From assembly GCA_041498975.1 (NCBI GenBank), contig JBGQJI010000001.1, positions 22,036 to 86,035 on the forward strand: a DNA stretch of 64,000 nucleotides, in the 5' to 3' direction. Every line of letters starts with the position of its first letter. Position 1 is the stretch's first letter. A model generated the notes under the pieces. It did not search any database and was not told the DNA's origin. It saw nothing but the letters and a program-made list of their open reading frames with translations. The stretch is from Candidatus Methylomirabilis sp. (lineage in GTDB: Bacteria; Methylomirabilota; Methylomirabilia; Methylomirabilales; Methylomirabilaceae). This document shows, one piece after another, positions 1 through 8,960 of the stretch. The translations under genes were made by a program, and so were the position numbers.

Positions 1-1290
1 GGCCTCGTCCACGATCACCAGATCAGCCTCCAGGGGCCGGTGCTGGTCTCTCTTGAATCGGCCGTCCTTGGGGCTGAACTCCAGGAGGCGATGGACGGTC
101 CTGGCCTCCCGGCCCGTGGCCTCACTCATCCGCTTCGCCGCCCGCCCCGTCGGGGAGCAGAGGACGATCCGGCGCCGTTTCTTCTCGAGGATCTGGATGA
201 TGCACTTGAGGATGGTCGTCTTGCCCGTGCCGGGGCCGCCGGTGATGACCAGGAGCTTCTGCTGGAGCGCCTGACGAATCGCCTCTTTCTGCTCCTCCGC
301 CAACCGCAGCCTGCTGGTCTGCTCTACCCAGTGGATGGCCCGCTCGACGTCGATGTCCGCAGGCGGCACTCCGCCTTGAGCAAGGACATGGAGTCGGCGT
401 GCGACCTCCTCCTCTGCGGCATGGAGCGACGCCAGGTAGACCGCTTTCCCCTCCGGCCCTTCCTCGCAGACGACCCGTTTCTCCTGCGAAAGCCGCTCGA
501 TGGCCTGGGCGGCCAGCGCCGGCTCCACCTCCAGGATCCCGGAGCTCTCTGTCACAAGCCGATCAAAGGGGTAGTAGACATGGCCCTCCTCGGCCAACTC
601 GTTCAGGACATGGATCACGCCGGCCTCGACCCGAAGCGGCGAATGCTTCTCGATCCCGATGGCCTGGGCGATCCGGTCGGCGGTCTTGAACCCGATCCCG
701 TAGATATCGTACGCCAGCCGGTAGGGGTTCTCCCGCACCACCGCGATGGAGGATTTCCCGTAGGCCTTGTAGATCTTCGCGGCAAAGCCCGAGGAGACGC
801 CATGCCCCTGGAGAAAGATCATCACGTCCCGGATCTCTTTCTGCTCTTCCCAGGCGGTCCGGATCCGCTGGAGCCGGACCTGGCCGATCCCGTCCACCGT
901 GAGAAGGCGGGACGGCTCCTCCTCGATGACGCGCAGGGTCTCGGTGCCAAAGGCCTCCACCAGCCTCCCGGCAAAGACCGGACCGATCCCCTTGATCAGG
1001 CCGGAGCCCAGGTACTTCTCGATTCCGGCGACTGTGGCGGGGACGACGGTCTCGAACGCCTCGACCTTGAACTGTTCGCCGTACTTAGTATGGAGGGTCC
1101 ACTCCCCGGTAAGCTTGAGGGTTTCACCAGGCGTGACGGATGGAAGGTTTCCAACGATGGTGGTCAGCTCGCGCTGCCCGGGCACCTGGAGCCTGCCCAC
1201 CACATAGTGGTTCTCTTCGTTGACATAGGTGATCCGTTCCAGGGTCCCCTGGAGCGTCGTGTACGACCGGACGGGGATAGCGCGCGGCAT
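1..1290 (-). CDS. recD2: ATP-dependent RecD-like DNA helicase (RecD2), 3' end runs off the window
   Basis: Not in ORF track (no stop in window). Hand translation from ATG 1290: MPRAIPVRSYTTLQGTLERITYVNEENHYVVGRL...GEQFKV...YLGSGLIKGIGP; Walker A GGPGTGKTT near 213-240; Walker B LVIVDEA at 1-21. Confidence 0.92.
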   Translation of the reverse strand, partial: MPRAIPVRSYTTLQGTLERITYVNEENHYVVGRLQVPGQRELTTIVGNLPSVTPGETLKLTGEWTLHTKYGEQFKVEAFETVVPATVAGIEKYLGSGLIKGIGPVFAGRLVEAFGTETLRVIEEEPSRLLTVDGIGQVRLQRIRTAWEEQKEIRDVMIFLQGHGVSSGFAAKIYKAYGKSSIAVVRENPYRLAYDIYGIGFKTADRIAQAIGIEKHSPLRVEAGVIHVLNELAEEGHVYYPFDRLVTESSGILEVEPALAAQAIERLSQEKRVVCEEGPEGKAVYLASLHAAEEEVARRLHVLAQGGVPPADIDVERAIHWVEQTSRLRLAEEQKEAIRQALQQKLLVITGGPGTGKTTILKCIIQILEKKRRRIVLCSPTGRAAKRMSEATGREARTVHRLLEFSPKDGRFKRDQHRPLEADLVIVDEA

Positions 1291-1436
1291 CTTGGCGTGA
1301 GACTAGCAAGGGGTCGGAAAGGGGTCAACGAAAAACAGCGGAAGACACGAGGGGAACGCTACGAATCACTGGCAGGTGTCAATGACCCTTCCCTGCTGAG
1401 GCATCGCTCTTTCGAGGTGCGCCGGGCCCGGATCGG

Positions 1437-1640
1437 TTAGCCGTTCACCTCCTCGTACCAGGTCATCTGGACAGCTTCCAACTTGGCTTCCGAGACGCCG
1501 TTGGGGTCATCGGCGAAATCCGGAAGCTCGGTGATCCACTTGTGGAGTGTGGCGAACTGAACCTCAAGGGGGTCCTGCTCGGGGTGTGCTTGGATCAGGG
1601 CCTGGGCGATCTCATAGGCGTCGTCCCAGTACAGACTCAT
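1437..1640 (-). CDS. iscX: Fe-S cluster assembly protein IscX
   Basis: MSLYWDDAYEIAQALIQAHPEQDPLEVQFATLHKWITELPDFADDP...EAKLEAVQMTWYEE matches the IscX pattern; start moved to ATG 1640. Confidence 0.9.
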   Translation of the reverse strand: MSLYWDDAYEIAQALIQAHPEQDPLEVQFATLHKWITELPDFADDPNGVSEAKLEAVQMTWYEEVNG

Positions 1641-1746
1641 TAGCCGCAACTCGCAGATGGTTTGAATTGACGACGACACACGGCACGAATGGGCGATACG
1701 TTGGCGATCCGTGGTGCGCGCGTGAACATCGGAACTGTTTGGGCAG

Positions 1747-1776
1747 TTGACATCGACTGGGTCCTTGTACTAGCGT
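1747..1776 (+). promoter_or_regulatory. Putative sigma70 promoter for the cytochrome c gene
   Basis: TTGACA-18 bp-TAGCGT just upstream of ATG 1792. Confidence 0.4.
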
Positions 1777-1791
1777 AGTCCTCCAGCCAAG

Positions 1792-2103
1792 ATGCGCGCG
1801 AAGACCACCCTCATTCTCCCCTTTGTCCTCTTGCTCGGCGCCTGTGCCCAGGATGGAAATGACCCTGTGGCACGCGGGAAGCAGGTCTATCTGACGGAGT
1901 GCACCGCCTGCCACAACAGCGACCCAACAAAGGACGGCCCCGTCGGGCCGGCGGTCAAAGGGTCTTCGTTAAAGCTGCTCGAGGCGCGGATCCTCCGCGC
2001 AAGCTACCCGCCAGGCTACTCGCCCAAGCGCAACACCGCTCTCATGCCCCCGCTGCCAAAAGTGGCCACGAAGATCTCCGACCTGGCGGCCTTCCTGCGC
2101 TGA
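1792..2103 (+). CDS. Monoheme c-type cytochrome, lipoprotein
   Basis: Lipobox LLLGAC, single CxxCH (CTACH), distal Met candidate in ALMPP. Confidence 0.85.
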   Translation: MRAKTTLILPFVLLLGACAQDGNDPVARGKQVYLTECTACHNSDPTKDGPVGPAVKGSSLKLLEARILRASYPPGYSPKRNTALMPPLPKVATKISDLAAFLR

Positions 2104-2109
2104 TCTGTT

Positions 2110-2829
2110 CTACCCCGCCATCACCGTCTCGAAGAGAAGGTAGAAGATCGCCGAGAGAATGAACCCCGCCCAGAGCGTGCCCTTGATTGTCGCGAGGGGT
2201 TTCTTGGTCAGACCCGATGTCCCGTAGAGGGCGTTCAGCTCGATCACGATGATGATGACTGCGCAGAGGAGCGCCATCGTAACCTTCTGGTACCGCCACA
2301 CCTTTCCGAAGAGGGTGAAGTGGCTCGCCGCGCCCATGTAGAAGAGCATCGGAATTGAAAAAAGGGTGTTGGTCCGAGAGGCGAAGCCCGCTCGCTGGCC
2401 GAGCGCAGCGGCAGCGGGGAGTGCCTGACCGCCCTGCGCCACCTGCGTGGCCGACGCGATCACCACCTTCTGGTTCGGCCAGATGACGAACCAGACGTTG
2501 GCCCACATGATGCTGCCGAGCGTTCCCCCAAGGAAGATGGCCCACCCGTAGGAGGTGTCGAAGAACCCCCGCACCCCGAGCAGTCCCATCCTGTGCAGGA
2601 TGATGGTCCAACCACTCAGGAACGTGAACATCGCGCTCCAGCGGAACCACCACAGCGCCCGGGGCACCAGCTTCTGGATCGCCGCGCTTCGAACGGGCGG
2701 ATCGGTCTCGGCGAAGAATGGTGTCTGGACGAAGTTAAAGTAGTAGAGGAGCCCGATCCAGGTGATGCCGGCGAGAAAGTGGATCCACCGCAGGAGAAAG
2801 AGCAGCCCCTCTGCACTCATGAGCGCCAT
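2110..2829 (-). CDS. Urate_ox_N / PuuD-like integral membrane protein, no fused cytochrome
   Basis: LRWIHFLAGITWIGLLYYFNF, GSIMWANVWFVIWPNQK and SRTNTLFSIPML motifs; multiple TM helices. Confidence 0.75.
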   Translation of the reverse strand: MALMSAEGLLFLLRWIHFLAGITWIGLLYYFNFVQTPFFAETDPPVRSAAIQKLVPRALWWFRWSAMFTFLSGWTIILHRMGLLGVRGFFDTSYGWAIFLGGTLGSIMWANVWFVIWPNQKVVIASATQVAQGGQALPAAAALGQRAGFASRTNTLFSIPMLFYMGAASHFTLFGKVWRYQKVTMALLCAVIIIVIELNALYGTSGLTKKPLATIKGTLWAGFILSAIFYLLFETVMAG

Positions 2830-3063
2830 AAACTTCCCCCCTCCCTTGCGCGCGCAGCGGCCATCAGCACGTGCCCGTGTAGGTGGCAGCGCGCATTGTC
2901 ACGAAATCCGAATCCCGGAGCGCGGGCCAAAACTCTCAGGGGAACCCCCTGCATCTGGCTAGTGAACGATCCTGCTGAACAATCGGAGCTTTTCCGGCAT
3001 CGGCATGCGGCCGCGCTCATTCCCATGAACCCCACCCGGACGTCGCCGAAGCCGCGGAAGCTG

Positions 3064-3171
3064 CTAGTGCCGCGTCAACGTGTCCGGACAGATGGCAAAA
3101 TGATGCGACGGCCAACCCAGATGGCTCCGCGTCATTGTATCGTTGGGCGGATAACGTTGGAACGGCACGAG
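3064..3171. mobile_element. MITE copy 1 (CTAG-bounded, degenerate)
   Basis: ctagtgccgcgtcaac ... gttggaacggcacgag terminal inverted repeats, same family as copies 2-5. Confidence 0.6.
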
Positions 3172-3184
3172 GCTGGGGTCACCC

Positions 3185-3505
3185 CTACGCCGTGAAGGAC
3201 GACCCGCAGCCGCAGCCGCCCTTCGCGTTGGGGTTCTTCAGGCTGAAGCCGGCCCCCTGCAGGCCATCGGTGTAGTCGATCTCCGTGCCGGCCAGGTAGA
3301 GGTAGCTCTTCGGGTCCACCAGCACCTTGACGCCGTGGGCCTCGAAGACCTGGTCGGCGGGCTCGGGCTGGTCGAACTCGAACTGGTAGGAGAGGCCGGA
3401 GCAGCCGCCGCCGACGACACGGACGCGGAGGCCGTCCTCGGGCTTGGCCTGGGTCTTGAAGAGGTCGGCCAGCTTGGTGGCGGCCGACTCAGTAAGGGTA
3501 ATCAT
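3185..3505 (-). CDS. iscA: IscA/HesB family Fe-S cluster assembly accessory protein
   Basis: GGGCSG and C-terminal CGCGSSF motifs; start ATG 3505 with GGAGG SD. Confidence 0.93.
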   Translation of the reverse strand: MITLTESAATKLADLFKTQAKPEDGLRVRVVGGGCSGLSYQFEFDQPEPADQVFEAHGVKVLVDPKSYLYLAGTEIDYTDGLQGAGFSLKNPNAKGGCGCGSSFTA

Positions 3506-3592
3506 TTGGACCTCCTTCTCAGGCATGAAGCACGATAGTGAGGTTTCGCTGGTATCGAGAAGCTGGTTGGCACTGAACCCTATCCCGTTGGC

Positions 3593-3621
3593 AGTATAGG
3601 CAACCATAACGTGAATGTCAA
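3593..3621 (-). promoter_or_regulatory. Sigma70 promoter for iscA
   Basis: Minus strand TTGACA-17 bp-TATACT. Confidence 0.65.
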
Positions 3622-3649
3622 GATGTGCGGCCCAACATGAGCGACCGGA

Positions 3650-4210
3650 TCATTCGGCCAACCCGTTGATCACTCGCTGGAATTCGGGCCGCCGGAGCCG
3701 GTCGAGATCTGATCGCACACAGCCAAGACCGAACACACACAACTCGAACTGCTCCGAGAGCTTCCGGTACAGCGGCGCCACCTGCCCATCATCGCCAAAG
3801 GCAAACTCGGCCACGATATGATACGACCGTTTTCCGGTCTTGACGTAATCGATCAGGGCATCTCGGCTGACAAGAACGCGCCTGGCCCGTAAGCGCTGAA
3901 TGGCTTCGGGGAAAAGTCCGGCCATGAACAACGTGTAATCCCCGATGTGCTTATGGACCTCGCGCTCACGGTCGATCGAGGCGGCCCGGTGGAGCAGATC
4001 GCCTTCAAGGAGCATCTCGGCGACCTCCTCAACGCGCCGGCCAGAGACGCTCCGGACCTTATAGACATTGTCGATGTGGGTGAAGTCGGTCAGGAGGTCA
4101 GTCAGGTACCCGATCACGTCCGGGTCTTCGTAACCCAGCTTCCCCGCCAGGTTCTGTTCGGTCAGCAGGCGGAAGAGCCGCCGCAATGGATGATTCGCAG
4201 AGATTTTCAT
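3650..4210 (-). CDS. Hypothetical protein
   Basis: Protein-like ORF from MKISANHPLRRLF containing HKHIGDYTLFMAGLFPE and DYVKTGKRSY; function unknown. Confidence 0.75.
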   Translation of the reverse strand: MKISANHPLRRLFRLLTEQNLAGKLGYEDPDVIGYLTDLLTDFTHIDNVYKVRSVSGRRVEEVAEMLLEGDLLHRAASIDREREVHKHIGDYTLFMAGLFPEAIQRLRARRVLVSRDALIDYVKTGKRSYHIVAEFAFGDDGQVAPLYRKLSEQFELCVFGLGCVRSDLDRLRRPEFQRVINGLAE

Positions 4211-4391
4211 GATGGTGTACGTCGCTTCGGCCGGCTTTTCAGTCAGCCATGCCTTCGCGCGACAAGACGATGATAACGCAGAGGGACAGGAACGGAAAGA
4301 GGTTTGCTGGACTTGACGAAGAGATCGATTTTGCTTAAGGTGAGAACAGAGCGGTCGAAGCGGGTCGTCGGTGAACGAGGGGGCTCGGGAC

Positions 4392-5612
4392 ATGGACCGT
4401 CCAAGACTCAGGGGACTGGAAGCGATTCCTGGAGAGGTCGGCGGCGAACAGGTGGTCTGCCTTCGAGACCCGCATCACTACAGCGATCGTGTCCTGATCC
4501 TCCCTCATCCCCTTTTCTTCATCGTGAGCCTCTTTGACGGACGGCACTCGATCCTCGACATCCAGGCGGCATTCGTCCGCCGCTACGGTGAGTTCCTCTT
4601 CCGGGAAAGGCTCGATGAGCTTATCCGGGAACTGGATTCCGCCCACTTCCTCGAAGGAGAGGTCTTCGAACACTACCGCGCACAACTCGAGGCCGACTTC
4701 GCTCGGTCGCCCATCCGGCGCGCCGCGCTGGCCGGGAAAGGGTATGAGGCGGACCCCGAGCGGCTCCGGGCTCAGATCGACACGTTCTTTTCGCCGCCAG
4801 AGGGCCCGGGCTCACCTGTGCCTCAGGACGGCAGGCCGCCGATCAAAGGGGCCGTGATCCCCCACATCGATTTCGCCCGCGGAGGTCCCACCTACGCCTG
4901 GGCGTACAAGGCACTGATGGAGTCTTGCAACGCCGACCTGTTCATCGTGCTTGGCACTTCACATTCCGGCACCAGAGGATTCTTCGCCGTCACGCGCAAA
5001 GACTACGAGACCCCGTTCGGCGTGATCCCGACCGATACGTCGTTCGTGGACCGACTGATCGCCCGGTGTGGTCCGACCATCTTGCTGGACGAGCCGGCCC
5101 ATCGCGCCGAACACTCGATCGAGTTCCAGGCGACCATGCTCCAAGGACTGCTGGGCCAGACGCGCTCGATCCAGATGGTCCCGATCCTCTGCCTCTCCTT
5201 CCACCCGTTCATCGCGGACGGCGCATCGCCCAGGTCTGACCCGGCGATCGCGACCTTCCTCGATGCGCTTCAGGAGGCGATTGCCGCCTCAGGCCGTCGC
5301 TGCTGTCTCATTGCAAGCGCCGACCTTGCCCACGTCGGACCGCGCTTCGGGGACCAGGAGTCCGTGGACAGGGACCAGCTCGCGGTACTTGCCCGGAAAG
5401 ATTTGGCGATGCTGGAAAAGGTGGCTGAAGGGGATGCGGAGGGATTCTTTCGTTTCGTTCAGACGGAAGAGGATCGATGGAGGATTTGCGGCCTTTCCTC
5501 CATCTACACCATGCTCGGTGCCCTTGAGAAGGAGCAGGGACACCTGCTGAAATACAGCCAATGGCCTGATCCGGCCGGCGCGGTTACCTTTGCGAGCGTG
5601 ATTTTTTACTGA
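4392..5612 (+). CDS. Memo-family protein (AmmeMemoRadiSam system protein B type) with N-terminal extension
   Basis: PHID, GTSH, EHSIEFQ, SADLAHVG and ICG motifs typical of Memo proteins. Confidence 0.88.
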   Translation: MDRPRLRGLEAIPGEVGGEQVVCLRDPHHYSDRVLILPHPLFFIVSLFDGRHSILDIQAAFVRRYGEFLFRERLDELIRELDSAHFLEGEVFEHYRAQLEADFARSPIRRAALAGKGYEADPERLRAQIDTFFSPPEGPGSPVPQDGRPPIKGAVIPHIDFARGGPTYAWAYKALMESCNADLFIVLGTSHSGTRGFFAVTRKDYETPFGVIPTDTSFVDRLIARCGPTILLDEPAHRAEHSIEFQATMLQGLLGQTRSIQMVPILCLSFHPFIADGASPRSDPAIATFLDALQEAIAASGRRCCLIASADLAHVGPRFGDQESVDRDQLAVLARKDLAMLEKVAEGDAEGFFRFVQTEEDRWRICGLSSIYTMLGALEKEQGHLLKYSQWPDPAGAVTFASVIFY

Positions 5613-5618
5613 AAAGAG

Positions 5619-5762
5619 GCTATCGGCTATCAGCGGTCAGTGTTCAGCAAGGGCAAGGGAGATTTGCAGCGTTCAGCGGTTAGCGATCAGCTTTCAGCCA
5701 AAGCATGGAGGGGGCCTCAACCTGGTGAATGCGGATAGCTGAAAGCTAACTGCTGAAGGCTG
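5619..5762. repeat. Heptamer-based palindromic repeat (GCNNTCA tandem / TGANNGC inverted)
   Basis: cagcgttcagcggttagcgatcagctttcagc pairs with gctgaaagctaactgctgaaggctg; similar element at 19516-19634. Confidence 0.6.
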
Positions 5763-5769
5763 CTCTTCC

Positions 5770-5789
5770 ACGCCGACGACCGCCGGCAT
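5770..5789 (-). promoter_or_regulatory. SECIS-like hairpin after the second UGA
   Basis: Minus strand AUGCCGGC-GGUC-GUCGGCGU; G-first loop about 22 nt after the UGA. Confidence 0.6.
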
Positions 5790-5794
5790 CGCCG

Positions 5795-6019
5795 TTACAC
5801 CGCTCAGCTCCCGCCGAAACCGATGGTCACGTTACCCTGTTCCACAATCACAGGGACTTCCCGCGCACCTTTCGAGAACTCCAACATCCGTTCCATCGCC
5901 TTCGGGTCCTTCTGGACGTTCAGGTACGTGAATGGGACTTTCCTCTTTGCGTACTCCTCACGGGCCGCCGAGGTGTAGGGTCAGGTGTCCTTCCCGTAGA
6001 TGATGACCGACTCCTCCAT
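5795..6019 (-). CDS. Glutaredoxin-like selenoprotein with two Sec (UxxT and C-terminal UXX-stop; UXX-star type)
   Basis: MEESVIIYGKDT-U-PYTSAAREEYAKRKVPFTYLNVQKDPKAMERMLEFSKGAREVPVIVEQGNVTIGFGGS-U-AV-TAA; GGAGG SD; TGA at 5981-5983 and 5804-5806, each followed by a hairpin. Confidence 0.85.
5952..5977 (-). promoter_or_regulatory. SECIS-like hairpin after the first UGA
   Basis: Minus strand UAC-A-CCUC-G-GCG-GCC-CGU-GAGG-A-GUA directly 3' of the UGA. Confidence 0.5.
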
Positions 6020-6060
6020 CCGCCTCCTCCAGTGTCTTGGGTCTTCTTGAGCTGACCTTT

Positions 6061-6405
6061 TCAGACCCGCGTCATGTATCGATCAGCCTCTGTGCTCAGC
6101 CGATCATACTCGGTTCTGAGATCGCGGATCTCGGGGTAGAGGGCTTGGATCTTGTCATGGGGGAGGGGAATAGTCCTGCTGAGCGCAGTCAGCCGATCCC
6201 CAACCAGCTTTGCCCGTTTGAGGACCTCGAACTTCTTCCTGGCCAGCGAATGGAGCGCTGCTGCCTCCAGGAGGCCGAACATCCCGTCTTCATCCTGAGA
6301 CTGGACTAGCTCCTCCAACCGTTGCGTTTGCGCCTCGGTCAGGCCACTCTCCTTCAGCGCATACAGGGCCTTCATCCGGTCGATCCGATAGCGGATATCC
6401 AGCAT
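6061..6405 (-). CDS. Hypothetical helical protein
   Basis: 114-aa coiled-coil-like ORF, co-oriented and 41 bp upstream of the selenoprotein start. Confidence 0.7.
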   Translation of the reverse strand: MLDIRYRIDRMKALYALKESGLTEAQTQRLEELVQSQDEDGMFGLLEAAALHSLARKKFEVLKRAKLVGDRLTALSRTIPLPHDKIQALYPEIRDLRTEYDRLSTEADRYMTRV

Positions 6406-6586
6406 ATCGATCCCTCGCTTTCAGGTCATGCCGTTTGAACCGAATGATTGTAACCGATCGTGACTCGGGACGCCAGTGTTCGATTCCGTGGATCGTTGGT
6501 CCTCGTGCTCTCTTCGACCGAGCGGAACCTCACTTCCAGGATGGGTGAGGCGGACCGGATGATCGCCCTTGAGCTGCCGGGCCGTC

Positions 6587-7531
6587 CTAAAAAATCAGGG
6601 GCAACTCCGCAGCCTCCGCAGGGGCGGGCTCCGCCCCACAGATCCGATTCCGGCCGTCCGCCTTCGCTTTATACAGGGCACGGTCGGCTGCATCGAGCAG
6701 CAAATCGGGGGTGGATCGAGCTCGGTCAAAGGCAGCCACGCCCCCGCTCAGGGTGACCGCAAGGGGCCCCTTTGGATGGTCGAGCATGAAACGGTGTCGC
6801 TCCACGATCCAACGGAGGCGCTCAGCCACCTCTTTCGCCAGACCTAAACCCGTCTCGGGCAAGAGGATGACAAACTCTTCTCCCCCGTACCTCGCGGGAA
6901 TGTCCACTGCCCGCAGGTTCGTTTTCATCAGACCGGCCAGCCCCCTGAGCACGTCGTCCCCCACCGTATGGCCGTAGGTGTCGTTGCAGGACTTGAAATG
7001 ATCGAGGTCGATCAGAATGATCGAGAGTGGTCGGTCAAACCGCGCGGCCCGAATGACCTCCTCTCCCAGGCGAGTCTTGAAGTAGGTGTGATTGTACAGG
7101 CCCGTGAGCCCGTCGCGAATGGACAACTCCTTGAGCCCTGTATAGATCCGCGCGATCCAAGAAGCCGTGGCGGCCGCGACGATGAACATGGCAAAATGCA
7201 AACCGGTGCGCAGGTAGAGCAGGTAGCCCGGCACCGGCCCTCGGCCGATGATGTCCACTCCGAGAACAATCATTGAGACCACCCACGCAGCGGCGACCCC
7301 CGCAAGAAAGCTTTCGAAAAAACTCAGAGGGAGGATGACAAGCAGGTAGAGGGGAAGGAACGTGATGCCTTGGCCGAGGGCGTAGTCTGCCACGCCGATG
7401 CCGAGGGCGGCCAGAAGGGCGACAATGCGGAGAAGACCGCGCGTTATGACAGAAAGAGTCGGCGCGCCAGACTCCGGACTGAGGAGAAAGGAGAGGTGAT
7501 GCCACCTCTCGTCTCCGGACACACCTGGCAT
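6587..7531 (-). CDS. Membrane-anchored diguanylate cyclase (GGDEF)
   Basis: N-terminal TM helices; DGLTGLYN, DLDHFK, NDTYGH, RxxD I-site (RAVD) and RYGGEEF. Confidence 0.93.
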   Translation of the reverse strand: MPGVSGDERWHHLSFLLSPESGAPTLSVITRGLLRIVALLAALGIGVADYALGQGITFLPLYLLVILPLSFFESFLAGVAAAWVVSMIVLGVDIIGRGPVPGYLLYLRTGLHFAMFIVAAATASWIARIYTGLKELSIRDGLTGLYNHTYFKTRLGEEVIRAARFDRPLSIILIDLDHFKSCNDTYGHTVGDDVLRGLAGLMKTNLRAVDIPARYGGEEFVILLPETGLGLAKEVAERLRWIVERHRFMLDHPKGPLAVTLSGGVAAFDRARSTPDLLLDAADRALYKAKADGRNRICGAEPAPAEAAELPLIF

Positions 7532-7630
7532 GAGGAGCCCCCGTACCCGCAGCTCACGCCGCGAGTCTCGTATGATGCCTGGCCTTCACTTGAAAGAGAG
7601 GATGTGGTCGATTGTATCAGAAACCACCGA

Positions 7631-7819
7631 TTACCCGGATCCCCTAGATGCTCCTTGCAACTTCAGCTCCACCTCGTATTGCTCGACCAGCTTCAACAGC
7701 CCCTCAGAGAGGGTCGGGTACTGCCGCATGAAATACTCGATCATGAGGAGCTTACCGGCGCTCCGGCCAACGCGCATCACCCGTGCTGTGATTTGAGGAG
7801 GCGCCGACTTCTCCCCCAT
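7631..7819 (-). CDS. Small hypothetical protein
   Basis: ATG 3 bp after the VOC stop, preceded by GGAGGTGA SD; last gene of a tight operon. Confidence 0.55.
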   Translation of the reverse strand: MGEKSAPPQITARVMRVGRSAGKLLMIEYFMRQYPTLSEGLLKLVEQYEVELKLQGASRGSG

Positions 7820-7822
7820 GAC

Positions 7823-8203
7823 TCACCTCCGATAGGCGATCAGCTCCAGCAGGTTCCCATCGGGATCGAGGAAGTACAGGCAATCATGATCGCCCCAGTC
7901 AACCGGTCCTTTGTGCCGGATCCCGGCCTCTGTAAATGTCGCGCGCGCGCGCTCGAAATCGGCGGCGCTCACTCGGAACGCATGATGCCCCTTTCCAAGC
8001 GGCTGGTCGATCCGGCCCAAGTCGGGCGATGGGAGATCCTTCCGCTCGAACAGGGCGAACGGCGAACCGGCGAGATCGAAGATGATCTGATCGCCCAGGC
8101 GGCGGGAGACCCGCAGGCCCAGGACGCCGCCGTAGAACACTTCGGCCGTGGCGAGGTCACGTACCTCGATCCCGAAGTGGTCGAGCCGCTCGAGCACGAT
8201 CAT
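7823..8203 (-). CDS. VOC/glyoxalase family protein
   Basis: LDHFGIEV, HHAF and YFLDPDGNLLEL motifs. Confidence 0.9.
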   Translation of the reverse strand: MIVLERLDHFGIEVRDLATAEVFYGGVLGLRVSRRLGDQIIFDLAGSPFALFERKDLPSPDLGRIDQPLGKGHHAFRVSAADFERARATFTEAGIRHKGPVDWGDHDCLYFLDPDGNLLELIAYRR

Positions 8204-8210
8204 GGTCGCT

Positions 8211-8960
8211 CTAACGATCCAGCGTCTGCCGGAGTTCGGTCAGGCGGCTAAGCGTATAGTCGGGCGCCGGGATGCCAGCCCCTGCTGCATGGCCCGCTCT
8301 GTTCACCCAGGCAACATCCATCCCGACCCCTTTGGCTCCCGCGACGTCGATATCGAGGCTATCCCCGATGAACAGCGCATCCTGTGGTGCGAGCCCCATC
8401 CGATCGAGCGTCCGGACGAAGATCTCGCGATGTGGCTTGCGCACGCCCTCCTCGGCGGAGACGACCACCTGCTCGAACCATCCGACGGTCCCGGTCCGTT
8501 CCAGCATGCGGCGCGCCGTCCGTGCGTGGTCGAAATTCGAGATCACCGCAAGGCGGTATCGGGCCTTGGCCCACTCGAGCAAGGGTCGATGCTCCGGCGG
8601 AAACACCATCGCATCCGACAGCTTCGCCATGTGTATCTCAGCCAACCACTCCGGAAAATCTGCAGGGAGCTTCTCGAGAGGCAACTGCAGCTTCGAGAGG
8701 ACGATGCGGAACCGTTCCTCGGCCGTGATCTCGCGCAGCTCCTGGCCCCGGATCTGTTCGGCCTCTCGATACCCATCCATGAACGCGACGTAGAACGCCT
8801 CAAACGGCACACCGGGACAGACCGATGTGAACTGGTCGTAGACGTGACGGCTGGTGGAGCGCACTTCAGTGCCGTTCACCTGGATCAGGGGCATCCGGTC
8901 ACGCTGGAAGTCGATCAGAGTATCGAACAGGTCGAAAATCAGTGCCGTGTAATTTCTCAT
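8211..8960 (-). CDS. HAD family hydrolase
   Basis: FDLFDTL, ISNFD, RKPH, FIGDSLDIDVAGA. Confidence 0.9.
   Translation of the reverse strand: MRNYTALIFDLFDTLIDFQRDRMPLIQVNGTEVRSTSRHVYDQFTSVCPGVPFEAFYVAFMDGYREAEQIRGQELREITAEERFRIVLSKLQLPLEKLPADFPEWLAEIHMAKLSDAMVFPPEHRPLLEWAKARYRLAVISNFDHARTARRMLERTGTVGWFEQVVVSAEEGVRKPHREIFVRTLDRMGLAPQDALFIGDSLDIDVAGAKGVGMDVAWVNRAGHAAGAGIPAPDYTLSRLTELRQTLDR

Noticed and set aside
40..1440. 466-aa plus-strand ORF
   Set aside because: Antisense shadow of recD2, which has clear helicase motifs on the minus strand.
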